Of a stretch of 58,978 nucleotides of DNA, positions 1-10,343 are shown in pieces. Both the position numbers and the translations under genes were made by a program. The notes under the pieces were generated by a model. That model made no database searches. It was not told the origin of the DNA and saw nothing but the letters and a program-made list of their open reading frames with translations. This DNA comes from Patescibacteria group bacterium (GTDB taxonomy: Bacteria > Patescibacteriota > Minisyncoccia > Phycocordibacterales > UBA1550), in NCBI GenBank assembly GCA_038057125.1, contig JBBUDU010000003.1, positions 85,978 through 144,955 of the forward strand, read 5' to 3'. Positions within the stretch are counted from its first letter, which is position 1, and each line of letters opens with the position of its first letter.

Positions 1-47
1 TGTGCGTACATTTGGGAAAAGTCGCACAATCCACGTTTGCGACAGGA

Positions 48-269
48 CTAACTAAGAAGCCCGTTGATACTCGCCCAGATGTACATAGCGAGCGGCTTTA
101 TGTATGTTATCCACGCTACCAAAAAGATACTCCAGATTTTTTGAAAGATTGGTTGTGCGAAAATTGTACGAAGGTCAACATTAAAATATCCCAGCGCCGC
201 TATAGCAATAATTGCCAAGATCACAATCTGCATAAACCCATGTGAGCCATTTTTATAAATCTCTTTCAT
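48..269 (-). CDS. small hydrophobic protein, hypothetical (73 aa)
   Basis: ORF directly downstream of the M23 peptidase gene on the same strand. Two hydrophobic stretches (IVILAIIAIAALGYF, IWSIFLVAWITYI). No family recognised. Confidence 0.35.
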   Translation of the reverse strand: MKEIYKNGSHGFMQIVILAIIAIAALGYFNVDLRTIFAQPIFQKIWSIFLVAWITYIKPLAMYIWASINGLLS

Positions 270-293
270 ATTGATTAAAGTATAGACTATGCT

Positions 294-1577
294 TTACAAG
301 TAGTCCATTGGGTCAAGGTACGCGTTTAGTGCCGCCAGTGGTATTGTGTACACCCTACCACCACAAGACTTGCTTGCCCGGCTTTCGACCTTTACACCGC
401 TTGCCGCGAAAACAGTCAGGTGCAGGTGCGGACCCGTGGAATATCCAGTGTTACCGCTATAGCCAATAACATCTCCCGTCTCAACCACTTGCCCTTCAGA
501 CGCCTTCAAGAGTGACAGGTGCGCATAGAGGCTTGCAAGGCCGTTCTTGTGCCGAATCAAAACCCAACGGCCGTAGGATGCCCCAGGACACGTCAAATCT
601 GTGTCCCCCGCACCAATTATCGTACCTGAAAGCATGGCCTTCACAGGTGTTCCTACGCTTACGCCGAAGTCAGTGCCATTATGAGTTCCCGATGCATACA
701 GGCGCGCAGAGGACGTCGTCTTTCCAAATTGCTGTGTTATGCGAATATTATCAAGCGGCGACGCGAAAACTTTTGTTCCGCGCTGTGGGAAGGATGTCGG
801 GTCAAGAATAAACTTCAAAGTTGATTCATAATCGCGAAGCTCTTGTTCAAGCGCAACTTTAAGCGCAAGTTTTTGTTTAAGAGCTTTTTGATATTGCGAC
901 TCCTGATTATTCGTTTTCTTAAGGAGTTCTGCTTTCTGTTTTTTATTGTCTTCAGTTATTTTCTTTTGATCTCCAAGCTCTCCCTTAAGTCCGAGGAGCT
1001 TCCCTTTTTCTGTTTTCTGTTTTTTGTTCTTCTCTTCCAAGTCTTTTTTGAAAGACTTAATCAATTTAACATTTTCATTTACACCATCACTAAATTGCTC
1101 CAAAGTTTCAAGGTCATTCCAAAGGTCGGAAAAACTTTCATTTGATAGAGCAATCTGCGCCAATGACTGCTCGTCGCTTTCATATATCGCAAGAAGCACT
1201 TCTTTAAGGGCCGCCAATCGCGCGCTTAGCTCATCTTCTTTGTACAATATTTCAGAACCAAGTTGGCGAATTTTTAAATCCGTGGTATCAACTTTGGTTT
1301 GTGTAATCTTTATATCTATCTCAAGCTTCTTCTTTGTGAGATCAAGTGTTTTTATTTCAGTACCGAGTGTTTTTTTCTGTGTACCCGTGTTTATAAGATC
1401 TTTTTCCAACTGCTTGATTTCCGGTATAAGTTTTTGTACTTTGTCTGTGTTTGAAGATATTTTTTGCTGTAATTCATCAATTGTTTGATTTGTTTGCGCA
1501 TGGACAAACGAGCCCGCGGCAAAAAAGATTGTTACGAGAGATACAAAAATTGCAAATTGTGAGATGCGTGTTCGCAT
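294..1577 (-). CDS. M23/LytM-family peptidase with N-terminal anchor and long coiled-coil (EnvC-like)
   Basis: Hydrophobic N-terminus FAIFVSLVTIFFAAGSFVHA, K/E/L-rich coiled-coil, C-terminal HNGTDF...GPHLHL M23 motifs. Start moved to the ATG at 1575-1577 because the longer ORF overlaps gltX. Confidence 0.8.
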   Translation of the reverse strand: MRTRISQFAIFVSLVTIFFAAGSFVHAQTNQTIDELQQKISSNTDKVQKLIPEIKQLEKDLINTGTQKKTLGTEIKTLDLTKKKLEIDIKITQTKVDTTDLKIRQLGSEILYKEDELSARLAALKEVLLAIYESDEQSLAQIALSNESFSDLWNDLETLEQFSDGVNENVKLIKSFKKDLEEKNKKQKTEKGKLLGLKGELGDQKKITEDNKKQKAELLKKTNNQESQYQKALKQKLALKVALEQELRDYESTLKFILDPTSFPQRGTKVFASPLDNIRITQQFGKTTSSARLYASGTHNGTDFGVSVGTPVKAMLSGTIIGAGDTDLTCPGASYGRWVLIRHKNGLASLYAHLSLLKASEGQVVETGDVIGYSGNTGYSTGPHLHLTVFAASGVKVESRASKSCGGRVYTIPLAALNAYLDPMDYL

Positions 1578-1593
1578 GGCATAAATATTACCC

Positions 1594-2931
1594 CTAAAGA
1601 AGCTTTTGCGCGTGAGTGATGCGGCGCAGAGTTGTTTCTTTTCCAAGTATACTTGCGAGCGTAAACGGGTCCGGAGACTTTTCGCGACCAGACAAAGCAT
1701 AGCGCATAGGCCAAAGTACACTCCCCCGCCCTTCTTCTGTTGCATAATCCCAGATAGTGGTTTTTATGGTTTCCGGTGTAAAAGATATCTCATCAATCCC
1801 GTCGATAAGTGTGAGAACTTTTTGTAATTTTCCCGCCGCCTTCGCGAGCTCCTTCTCATCTTTCCACAAAAGTTTTTCGGCAGTGTAAACAGGGTCTTCA
1901 AAAAAATATCCGTATTCACCCGCTTCTGCGAAAACACGAGCTTCCCCAAAAGTAGAAATGTGTTCAAGAATAACAGGCACTACTTTTGTGAAAACTTTAA
2001 CATTATTGCGTGCTATTCTTTGTAGTGCCTCAGGAAACCGAAGGAGGATCTCCTCCCCTAGCTTATCAGCAGGAAGCATTTTCATATAATGTTTATTCAG
2101 CCACTTCAATTTATCAATATTAAAAACAGCGGCACCTTTTTGAACTTTTAAAAGCGTAAAAAGCTTGATCATCTCATCAAGAGAAATAATTTCTTGGTCA
2201 TTACCTGGGTTCCACCCCATGAGGGCGACAAAGTTGAGAATTGCCTCTGGCAAATAGCCTTCTTCGCGATACTCCGTGACCGCCAAGGCGCCGTGTCTCT
2301 TGGAAAGTTTTGATTTATCAGGCGCGAGAATCATTGGTAAATGCGTGTAAACGGGGCGTGTGGCACCGAGCGCTTCTTGTATGAGTATTTGTCGAGGCGT
2401 ATTAGAAATAGCATCATCACCACGAATTATATGTGTGACACCCATTTCGAAATCATCCACCACTACCGCAAAATGATAAAGTGGCGACTCGAAATCTTTT
2501 GCTATCACGAAATCGCCCAGCTCTGTGGTGTCAAAAGAAATATCACCGCGCGCTTCGTCATAAAAAGTGACGACTCGGTTTGGGTTTTTAAAACGAATTA
2601 CCTCGGCGCGTTCACCGGGCTCCTTTGGTTCTTCTTTTGAAACATATGCAGTGCCGTTTGCAACAAGTGCGTTAAGATGTTTTTTGTAAATCTCGCCACG
2701 GTCTGACTGGCGAAAAAACTCATCGTGAGTAAGGCCGAGCCACTTCAATCCATCAAGAATATTTTCTTCAAACTCTTTTTTTGAACGTTCTTTATCTGTG
2801 TCCTCGATACGAAGAATAAATTTCCCGTTATTCTGCCGTGCATAAAGCCACGAATAAAGAGCCGTACGCACAGAGCCTATGTGGAGCACTCCGGTCGGTG
2901 ATGGCGCAAATCGTGTAATTACTTTTGTCAT
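1594..2931 (-). CDS. gltX: glutamyl-tRNA synthetase
   Basis: Class I signatures: PSPTGVLHIGSVRTAL (HIGH) and KLSKRHG (KMSKS). Length 445 aa. Confidence 0.9.
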   Translation of the reverse strand: MTKVITRFAPSPTGVLHIGSVRTALYSWLYARQNNGKFILRIEDTDKERSKKEFEENILDGLKWLGLTHDEFFRQSDRGEIYKKHLNALVANGTAYVSKEEPKEPGERAEVIRFKNPNRVVTFYDEARGDISFDTTELGDFVIAKDFESPLYHFAVVVDDFEMGVTHIIRGDDAISNTPRQILIQEALGATRPVYTHLPMILAPDKSKLSKRHGALAVTEYREEGYLPEAILNFVALMGWNPGNDQEIISLDEMIKLFTLLKVQKGAAVFNIDKLKWLNKHYMKMLPADKLGEEILLRFPEALQRIARNNVKVFTKVVPVILEHISTFGEARVFAEAGEYGYFFEDPVYTAEKLLWKDEKELAKAAGKLQKVLTLIDGIDEISFTPETIKTTIWDYATEEGRGSVLWPMRYALSGREKSPDPFTLASILGKETTLRRITHAQKLL

Positions 2932-2950
2932 GGGTTATTTGAATATAGTA

Positions 2951-4078
2951 TCAACCCCGGTGTACAATAAGCACCGATACAATTTGTTCCGCAATTTGTT
3001 CCGCAGCATCAATGCGCGCAAATGCTTTAGCGGAATCTTTCATTGTCGCCCGTTTATTTTCGTCCTGCATCAAATTCTCTATCTCTGACATTAAAATATT
3101 GGGTCCGAGATTTGCCTCTTCGATAACGATCGCACCACTCACGCGTGCATATGCAAATGCATTTTTTCTCTGATGGTCTCCAACATGGTTTGCGATTGGA
3201 ATGAGAATAGATGGGATTCCCCACGCCGCAATTTCAAAAATTGCCGACCCCGCGCGCGATACAACAATAGTCGCCGCCTCTGCAGCAAGTTTCATTGTTT
3301 GATTGTCGAGATACCCATAAATATGGTAACGCGATGCATTTGAGTTTCCTCCCAAAAGTCCGTTTACTGTAGTTTTTACCTCTGCCATATTTGCTTCACC
3401 TGTCTGGTGTATGATTTGATACTTTTCTACGAGGCGCGGTGCCAGAGTCTCCATTTGTGCATTGATCATGCGCGCGCCGTTTGAACCACCAAGCACTAAA
3501 ATAACTGGAATTTGAGGATCAAGACCAAGCTCTTTAAATGCATCTTTTCCTGATGGACGCAAAATTTCGTCACGAATCGGATTACCAGTAAGAGCCGTGC
3601 GTCCTTCTGGGAAAAATTGAGCTGCTTCAGCATATGAAATCGCGATTTTTTGCGCAAACTTTCCAGCCCAAGCATTTACGCGCCCCGGAACACTGTCTGA
3701 CTCATGAATAATGACCGGTATGCGAAAAAACCGCGCGGCGAAAAGCACCGGGAAACTCGGAAAACCTCCCTTACTAAAAATGATGTCGGGGTACAGAGCA
3801 AAAAGCTGAAAAAATCCCTTAAAAACGCCCCATGCTGTTTTAAACAAATCAAAAAAATTTTGAACAGAAAAATACCCACGAAGTTTGCCGGCAGTCACCT
3901 GCTTGAATGTTATTTTATTATCAAACAAAAGTCGCTCATTGTAAGGCTCGGTCGACATGTAGAAAAGCTCCACATTGGCTACATTTTCATTCTCGAGCAT
4001 TTTATTTAATTTTTCCGCAACTGCAATAATCGGATAAAAATGCCCGCCACTGCCTCCACCTGTAAAAAGAATCTTCAT
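2951..4078 (-). CDS. murG: undecaprenyl-PP-MurNAc-pentapeptide GlcNAc transferase
   Basis: N-terminal GGGSGGHFYPIIAV motif of the GT28 family. Lies in a dcw context next to ftsW and mraY. Confidence 0.85.
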   Translation of the reverse strand: MKILFTGGGSGGHFYPIIAVAEKLNKMLENENVANVELFYMSTEPYNERLLFDNKITFKQVTAGKLRGYFSVQNFFDLFKTAWGVFKGFFQLFALYPDIIFSKGGFPSFPVLFAARFFRIPVIIHESDSVPGRVNAWAGKFAQKIAISYAEAAQFFPEGRTALTGNPIRDEILRPSGKDAFKELGLDPQIPVILVLGGSNGARMINAQMETLAPRLVEKYQIIHQTGEANMAEVKTTVNGLLGGNSNASRYHIYGYLDNQTMKLAAEAATIVVSRAGSAIFEIAAWGIPSILIPIANHVGDHQRKNAFAYARVSGAIVIEEANLGPNILMSEIENLMQDENKRATMKDSAKAFARIDAAEQIAEQIVSVLIVHRG

Positions 4079-4348
4079 TTACCCGAGAAAATTTTTACTA
4101 ATAAAAAAATTGCTGAGGACCTTTTTGATGTGATTTCTGCCGTATTGTGTTTTCATATATTTTTCACGATTATAAGCATCTTTACTGTCAATATACGCTT
4201 CGTAGTAGATAATTGCAAGCGGCGCGTTTTTCTTTGTTGAAGCAACTTTTTTCGCATTATGCAATACCAATCGAGCCTTTAAATCCTTTGTGCAACCAGT
4301 GTATAATTCACCGTTCTTTTTACTCTCAAGTACGTAGACGTATTGCAT
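4079..4348 (-). CDS. stand-alone GIY-YIG (URI) domain protein, 89 aa
   Basis: N-terminal YVYVLES...GELYTGCTKDLKARLVLHN matches the GIY-YIG pattern. Abuts the murG start with no gap. Confidence 0.7.
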   Translation of the reverse strand: MQYVYVLESKKNGELYTGCTKDLKARLVLHNAKKVASTKKNAPLAIIYYEAYIDSKDAYNREKYMKTQYGRNHIKKVLSNFFISKNFLG

Positions 4349-4366
4349 AATGCATTAGTAAAAACT

Positions 4367-5482
4367 TTAGCGGGTGAATTTAGAAATATTTAGTAAAATA
4401 CCAATCTCAATAAAAGCAAAGATAAGCGCTGACCCGCCCTTGCTCACAAAGATAAGAGGAATTCCTTTGAGCGGAATAACGCCAAGCATCGCTCCTATAT
4501 TCACAAAAGACTGAGATACTATTAGTATAACAATTCCAACAGCCAAAAGCGACTCAAAAGAATTCGGAGCACGATGTGCAATTTGGAGTCCGCGAAGACC
4601 AAACAAAAGAAATAAAATAATAAGAATTGTTCCGCCAATAAACCCAAACTCCTCCGCCGCGACTGCAAAAATAGAGTCCCCTGTCGGTTCGGGAAGAGCC
4701 CCAAATTTTTGAATACTTTGGCCAAATCCACGCCCCGTGATGCCTCCAGACCCAATGGCGAGAAATGATTTTTGTATCTGATAGCTGGCCCCCTGCGGAT
4801 CATTAGATTGATTAAAAAAAGTAACCACGCGCGCTTTCACATGGGGGCTTGTCAACGTGAGTACGCCGACAGAAAAAATACCAATAACGACGAGAATAAA
4901 AAAAACGCGTATTTTTGCTCCGCTTGCAAGAAGCATCGCACACATAGCAACAAAAAGGACGGCAAGTGTACCATTGTCGGGCTGCAGAAGAAGGATTACA
5001 GAGGGTATGGCAATTGCCCCAAAAAAGACACCTATTGCATATTTTGTGACTTGAATACGGTCTTTTAAAAGTGCGAGTATTGCGGCGAAATAAATGACGG
5101 TTCCAAGCTTAAGCACCTCGGAAGGCTGGAATGAGATTGGCCCAAGCCATAACCAACGCTTTGCTCCGCCATGTTCCGCCCCAAGACCCGGTATAAAAAC
5201 AAGAAGCGTGAGAATCGCAGCCACAATAAAAATGTGTAGCGCATAAGAACGCAAAATATTAAGTGGAATATTAAGCATTACAATAAGCAACACAATCCCC
5301 AACAAAAAACCCAACCCAACCTGGTCAAAAAATAAATCTCTTAGAGAAAGTCCGTCGCTGACAAAAAGTCCGAACGAAGCAGAGGTGAAAACAAAAAGTC
5401 CTGCTAATGCGAGGAGGAATACGATGCCGAGAAATATTTTATCGATTGATTGGATTTTTTTCATCTCATTCCAGAATAACAA
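4367..5482 (-). CDS. ftsW: SEDS-family lipid II flippase / peptidoglycan polymerase (FtsW-like)
   Basis: About 10 predicted TM segments and the position between mraY and murG. The start could instead be Met7. Confidence 0.8.
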   Translation of the reverse strand: MLFWNEMKKIQSIDKIFLGIVFLLALAGLFVFTSASFGLFVSDGLSLRDLFFDQVGLGFLLGIVLLIVMLNIPLNILRSYALHIFIVAAILTLLVFIPGLGAEHGGAKRWLWLGPISFQPSEVLKLGTVIYFAAILALLKDRIQVTKYAIGVFFGAIAIPSVILLLQPDNGTLAVLFVAMCAMLLASGAKIRVFFILVVIGIFSVGVLTLTSPHVKARVVTFFNQSNDPQGASYQIQKSFLAIGSGGITGRGFGQSIQKFGALPEPTGDSIFAVAAEEFGFIGGTILIILFLLFGLRGLQIAHRAPNSFESLLAVGIVILIVSQSFVNIGAMLGVIPLKGIPLIFVSKGGSALIFAFIEIGILLNISKFTR

Positions 5483-5485
5483 TTA

Positions 5486-6541
5486 CTATCCGATTAACGC
5501 TATTATAGTACCAAGAACAGAAAACACGACCGATATAACCCAATATCGCATCGTCACTTTATATGAGGGCCACCCGAGCGCCTGAAAGTGGTTGTGGAGT
5601 GGCGCCACCAAAAATACCTTTTTGCCATTGCGGTATTTTTTGGAAACAATTTGAATCAAACTCGACGCGCTCGTTGCAATAAGGAGGCCTGCGATTATTG
5701 GAAGCACCAGCACCGCATTTGTTAAAAACGCGACGACAGTAAGAGACGTAGTAAGAGCCATTGTCCCTGTTTCAGAATTAAAAAATCTGGCGGGTGGAAT
5801 GTTGAACCACAAAAATGCGAGTATACCGCCCACGACAACGCTCGAAAATGCCGCAAGATCTATTTGTCCTTGAGCGAACGCGATCACTGCGTACGCAGTA
5901 AAAATCGATGCAAACACACCACCGGAAAGTCCATCGATGCCATCAATAATACCACCTGAATAAATTCCGATCATAAAAATTATGAAAAGCGGAATAAACA
6001 AAAGCCCAAGATGCATGTCTCCAACAAAAGGAATATGTACGCTGTCCATTCCGAGCTTCGCATAAAACCACCATGCACCGCCTAGCGCAAGGAGGAAAAC
6101 AAAAGCGAGCCTCACGCGAAGAGAAAGTCCTCCGCCCACATAGCTACCACTCTCTCGACAAACAAGGTAATCATCGATAAGGCCAAATAGAGCGGCAGCA
6201 ATAAGAGTAAAGAGAGGAAGCCATGTTTGGTTGCGTGAAAGAAACGAGAATTTTGCAAAAATACTATCTGGAAAAATTGCCGCGAATATAAAAAATAAAA
6301 AAACAGTAATTAAAACGGACCCCCAAATCACTACTCCGCCCATCCGAGGAGTCTTTCGCTCTTCGTCATTATGAAGCTTGCTTGAGATGGGGGCTCCCCT
6401 TCCGTCCATAGCGAGCTTCACGCTCGACTTCTTCCACATCTTGTGGCGATAGAGAAAATCCGTTAAGAATGGGGTTATAGCGATGCCAACAAAAAAGGCT
6501 GTTGCGGTAGTAAGAAAGATTTTAACGACATCAATAGGCAT
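5486..6541 (-). CDS. mraY: phospho-N-acetylmuramoyl-pentapeptide transferase
   Basis: Polytopic membrane protein with DDYL and GIIDGIDGLSGG motifs and an APLHHHF-like NHFQ segment. dcw context. Confidence 0.85.
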   Translation of the reverse strand: MPIDVVKIFLTTATAFFVGIAITPFLTDFLYRHKMWKKSSVKLAMDGRGAPISSKLHNDEERKTPRMGGVVIWGSVLITVFLFFIFAAIFPDSIFAKFSFLSRNQTWLPLFTLIAAALFGLIDDYLVCRESGSYVGGGLSLRVRLAFVFLLALGGAWWFYAKLGMDSVHIPFVGDMHLGLLFIPLFIIFMIGIYSGGIIDGIDGLSGGVFASIFTAYAVIAFAQGQIDLAAFSSVVVGGILAFLWFNIPPARFFNSETGTMALTTSLTVVAFLTNAVLVLPIIAGLLIATSASSLIQIVSKKYRNGKKVFLVAPLHNHFQALGWPSYKVTMRYWVISVVFSVLGTIIALIG

Positions 6542-6621
6542 GATATTTACTCATTGTACAAAAATTATGAGTAAACATCAAACTTTACATAGGCGAGGCC
6601 TATGTAAAAGGTATAAGTTTT

Positions 6622-7596
6622 CTATTTTCGTACAGCCTCAACAAGCTTCTGCATATCATCAAAACGGCCTTTGTAGGTTGAGCCGAGTACGACTGCTACA
6701 ACCGTGTCCCCTATTCCCCTATCAAAAATAACGGCAAGGTTCCCTCCGGAGATATTCGTAAATCCCGTCTTTGAGGCGACGAGCCCCGGAATACGCCCGA
6801 CTATTTCATTTGTGTTTGGGAGGATATGAGCAATGTCGTCTTGCGAATAGATGCGCGCGTCTTTGCGCGCAGTTATTTCAACATTTTCGGGATATTTTTT
6901 CCACAGCTCGGCAAATAGCTCCGCAACATTTCGCGCGGATCCATAGCCACCATTTTGTGTCACACTGACATCAAGTCCCGATTCATTAAAAAACTCCATC
7001 TGGTCGAGTCCAAGCGCAAGCGCCTTTTCGTTCATCATTTGTATAAAACGCCCGCGAGATGGCATAGTATCGACACTTTGTTCCATACGCCCTTCTCTTC
7101 CGGTAAATTCCGCAACTGCGCGAGCCGCATCATTTGAAGAAATAATCATCATTAGATTCAAAATATCGCCAAGTCTCCACCTCTCTCCAGTGCGAAGCCC
7201 TGAATCCCCTTCTGCGGAAATATCATCCTTGGTAATCGTTATTACAGAGCTTTCTGGCAAATGTTCACGGGCAACAAGCGCTGTCATAATTTTTGTAATT
7301 GATGCAAGAGGAATCTTTTCGTTTTCATTTTTGGCATACAATACTGCATTCGTTTTCAAGTCGAACACATACACCGCGCGTGCTTCAAGAGAAATGTTTT
7401 CAAAAGGATTTGTAGTTTTCGCGGAACGAATTTCTTCTTGAGTTGTAATATCCAAATTTGTTTGTGCCGCTGTCGGCATAGCAAAAGAAAGAAGCCCTTG
7501 CAGTGCAATTGCAAAACCTGCTCCGCCACCGAGTACAACAGCAAGCGCGTGAGCCCTCTTTGTCATAATTTTTTCTCTACTCTTCTTCGTGTTCAT
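6622..7596 (-). CDS. D-alanyl-D-alanine carboxypeptidase (S11 penicillin-binding protein)
   Basis: SITK (SxxK), SSND (SxN) and KTGF (KTG) motifs in the canonical order, with an N-terminal hydrophobic anchor. Confidence 0.8.
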   Translation of the reverse strand: MNTKKSREKIMTKRAHALAVVLGGGAGFAIALQGLLSFAMPTAAQTNLDITTQEEIRSAKTTNPFENISLEARAVYVFDLKTNAVLYAKNENEKIPLASITKIMTALVAREHLPESSVITITKDDISAEGDSGLRTGERWRLGDILNLMMIISSNDAARAVAEFTGREGRMEQSVDTMPSRGRFIQMMNEKALALGLDQMEFFNESGLDVSVTQNGGYGSARNVAELFAELWKKYPENVEITARKDARIYSQDDIAHILPNTNEIVGRIPGLVASKTGFTNISGGNLAVIFDRGIGDTVVAVVLGSTYKGRFDDMQKLVEAVRK

Positions 7597-7708
7597 CCCG
7601 TTAGAGGTAGGAAATTATTAAAAATTTCCGTAGTTATCTTATAATAATTACTAATAATAGCACATCTCTCTACAAAACCAGTGAGCACTTAATTTAACTG
7701 AGTGACCT

Positions 7709-8248
7709 CTAACGGGATTCATTTTCTTCAGTTGTCTGTTTAAACTCTTCAACTTCTTTTACCGTTTTCTCATACTCCGGCAAATCCGTTACCTTGCTCA
7801 CTCCCATATAAGAAAGGAGTTCAAATGTCGGCTGGTAGACCGTACTGCGTCCGCCTTGATCGACCTTTTCAATAAGCCCTCGCACAAGAAGGCTTCGCAA
7901 GATATAGTTTGAATTTACTCCGCGAAGGTAGTTTATCTCGCTTCTCAAAATAGGCCCACGGTAAAGTACAATCGCAAGTGTTTCGAGGCCAGCCTTACCG
8001 AGCTCTTTGCTGATCTCCTCCTTAAGCAGCGCCTCAATTGTCGGGCCCATTTGTGGAGCCGAGCCGAGCATATATTCGCCGCCATTTTGCATTAAAGTAA
8101 TTCCGCGGCCCAAAAGAGACTGTTCAAGCTCTGAAAGTCCCCTGCGCGCATCATCCTCGGATACACCGAGAGTTTTCGCTAAAAAACCTACTGTTACAGG
8201 TTCTCCTTTGAAAAACAATAGTGATTCTATTTTTTTAGAAAGTTCCAT
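7709..8248 (-). CDS. scpB: segregation and condensation protein B
   Basis: Winged-helix ScpB-like sequence (ESLLFFKGEPV..., YRGPILRSEINYLRGVN). Immediately downstream of scpA. Confidence 0.8.
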   Translation of the reverse strand: MELSKKIESLLFFKGEPVTVGFLAKTLGVSEDDARRGLSELEQSLLGRGITLMQNGGEYMLGSAPQMGPTIEALLKEEISKELGKAGLETLAIVLYRGPILRSEINYLRGVNSNYILRSLLVRGLIEKVDQGGRSTVYQPTFELLSYMGVSKVTDLPEYEKTVKEVEEFKQTTEENESR

Positions 8249-8267
8249 GTGCGTATTGTATCACACC

Positions 8268-9005
8268 CTACTTTACCCCATAACTTGGGGTTTCAAGTAC
8301 GTTTGTTTCTATTTCAATATCATCTCCGTGCGCACCTTGAGTTACCGCTATCATTCCCTGTTTTACGAGTTCAAGCATAGCGAGGAAACTCACGATTATG
8401 TTCACCTTCTCCTCCTTACCCACTCCTGCAAACTCTCGAAAACTCATTTTCAAACTTCCGGTAATACGTGCGGTGAGTCGGTCCATCATATCTTCAAGCG
8501 AGATTACTTTTTTCACCACCACTTTCGGAAGTGTGATTTTTTTAGGGAAATGTAGAATTACATCTCGCATCGCAGAAAAAATGCTTTGCGTGGAAATTTC
8601 CGCACTGGGAGCAAAAACCGCTTCATGCGCGCGCGTAGCCCCTTTTGGAAACGAAACATTTGTGCCAAACATTTGCTTCACACGAACCGAAAGTTCGCGG
8701 ATTTTCTGGTACTCCTTGAGGCGACGCTCGAGCTCATCAATATCCTGTGTTTCTTCTTCGGTCAAAGAAAGTGTTGGCAAAAGCGACTTCGATTTAATGA
8801 GAATAAGTGTCGATGCGACAATTAAAAAATTTGAAACAAAATCCACCGGCATTTTTTCAAATGTTTTCAAGTGCAGAATATAGTCATCTGCAACAGTCGC
8901 AAGCGAAATCTCATTGATGAAAAGCTTTTTCTTTTCCACCAAGTCAAGCAAGAGCTCAAGCGGCCCTTCAAACGCTTCCGTTTTAATTACATACGGAGTA
9001 TCCAT
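8268..9005 (-). CDS. scpA: segregation and condensation protein A (kleisin)
   Basis: N-terminal FEGPLELLLDLVEKKKL motif typical of ScpA. Paired with scpB. Confidence 0.8.
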   Translation of the reverse strand: MDTPYVIKTEAFEGPLELLLDLVEKKKLFINEISLATVADDYILHLKTFEKMPVDFVSNFLIVASTLILIKSKSLLPTLSLTEEETQDIDELERRLKEYQKIRELSVRVKQMFGTNVSFPKGATRAHEAVFAPSAEISTQSIFSAMRDVILHFPKKITLPKVVVKKVISLEDMMDRLTARITGSLKMSFREFAGVGKEEKVNIIVSFLAMLELVKQGMIAVTQGAHGDDIEIETNVLETPSYGVK

Positions 9006-9010
9006 AGTTT

Positions 9011-10339
9011 TTATTCTGAAAGAAGATTGTCGATACGGTTTAGGTCGCGAGGAAAGAGAGTTGCCTGCTTCACATTTTCGAGTCCGAGAAATTTTGCCGT
9101 GAGACGCTCTAGCCCAAGCCCAAGCCCGCCATGCGGAGGCATTCCATATTTGAAGGCCTGCAAGTAATAGCGAAACTTTTCTGGATCAAGATTTTTGTTT
9201 TTCATGGACTGAACGAGCGTATCATAATCATGAATACGTTGAGCAAGTGTAGTGATTTCTATTCCACGGAAAAGGAGGTCTCCACCCTTTGCGTAACCAG
9301 GATCATTTTCATCCTCGTGAGTGTAAAACGGACGCTTTGTAATTGGGAAGTGTGTTATGAAAATGAAATCAGAATTAAATTCACGCTTGGAATACTCACA
9401 AAGGAAACGCTCGTGTGCTGGCTCTAGATCAGGCTCCTTTGTGCAGTCCTCCCCTGTTTCTTTTTTAATAACCTCCTGAGCCTCGCGGAGTTTCATTGCA
9501 GGAATTTTTTCTGGTATCTCGGGAATTGTAGCGCCAAAAAGCGCAAACTCAGCTGAACATTTTTCTTTGAGCTCCTTTGTTATATGCGCTAGAACACGAT
9601 TCTCCATATTCATGACATCTGTATGATCCTTGATGAATCCCATTTCTAGATCAAGACTTGTGTACTCGTTTAGATGTCTTGTAGTACTGTGCTTTTCAGC
9701 TCGGTACACATTGCCTGTTGAAAATACGCGCTCAAATACGCCAACCATTATTTGTTTATATAGCTGAGGGCTCTGCGCGAGATGCGCCGTGTGTCCAAAA
9801 TACTCAATATTAAATGAGTCTGCACCGCCCTCGGCGTCCTCACCAATAAGCTTAGGTGCCTGAAACTCAGTAAATCCTTCGCCTACAAGAAAGTTGCGAA
9901 AAGCATGGATAATAACAGCTTGAACCTTAAACACTGCGTGAGCTTTTTCTTCGCGGAGCGTAAGTGGAAGATAATCAAGATATGTATCTAGGTTAATATC
10001 TGTTCCAAGTTCAAACGGCAACTCTTTAGCTTTGCTTAGCACCTCAATATTCAAAACCTCAAGCTCAATGTCACCATTAAAAACGTCTGCTTTGATATTG
10101 CGTTCGGGGCGCTTGTTTACATGGGCGGAAACACTGACAACCCACTCTGGGCGTACACGCTGTGCCGTCTCAAGAGCTTCAACGTGACTAGGTAGGACCA
10201 CCGCCTGCACCTTACCACTCATATCTCTCATATCAAGAAAGACCATTTTGCCTTGATCTCGACGGACATCAATCCATCCTGAAATGGTAACTTCTTTTCC
10301 GATGTTATTTTTTAAATCTTTAATGTATGTTCGTTCCAT
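9011..10339 (-). CDS. aspS: aspartyl-tRNA synthetase, short archaeal/eukaryal type (possibly non-discriminating)
   Basis: Class IIb motifs: OB-fold N-terminus (ISGWIDVRRDQGKMVFLDMRD), FRAEKHSTTRHLNEYTSLDLEM, GGLGLGLERL. About 440 aa from the Met at 10339. AsnRS is not formally excluded. Confidence 0.75.
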   Translation of the reverse strand: MERTYIKDLKNNIGKEVTISGWIDVRRDQGKMVFLDMRDMSGKVQAVVLPSHVEALETAQRVRPEWVVSVSAHVNKRPERNIKADVFNGDIELEVLNIEVLSKAKELPFELGTDINLDTYLDYLPLTLREEKAHAVFKVQAVIIHAFRNFLVGEGFTEFQAPKLIGEDAEGGADSFNIEYFGHTAHLAQSPQLYKQIMVGVFERVFSTGNVYRAEKHSTTRHLNEYTSLDLEMGFIKDHTDVMNMENRVLAHITKELKEKCSAEFALFGATIPEIPEKIPAMKLREAQEVIKKETGEDCTKEPDLEPAHERFLCEYSKREFNSDFIFITHFPITKRPFYTHEDENDPGYAKGGDLLFRGIEITTLAQRIHDYDTLVQSMKNKNLDPEKFRYYLQAFKYGMPPHGGLGLGLERLTAKFLGLENVKQATLFPRDLNRIDNLLSE

Positions 10340-10343
10340 AATT

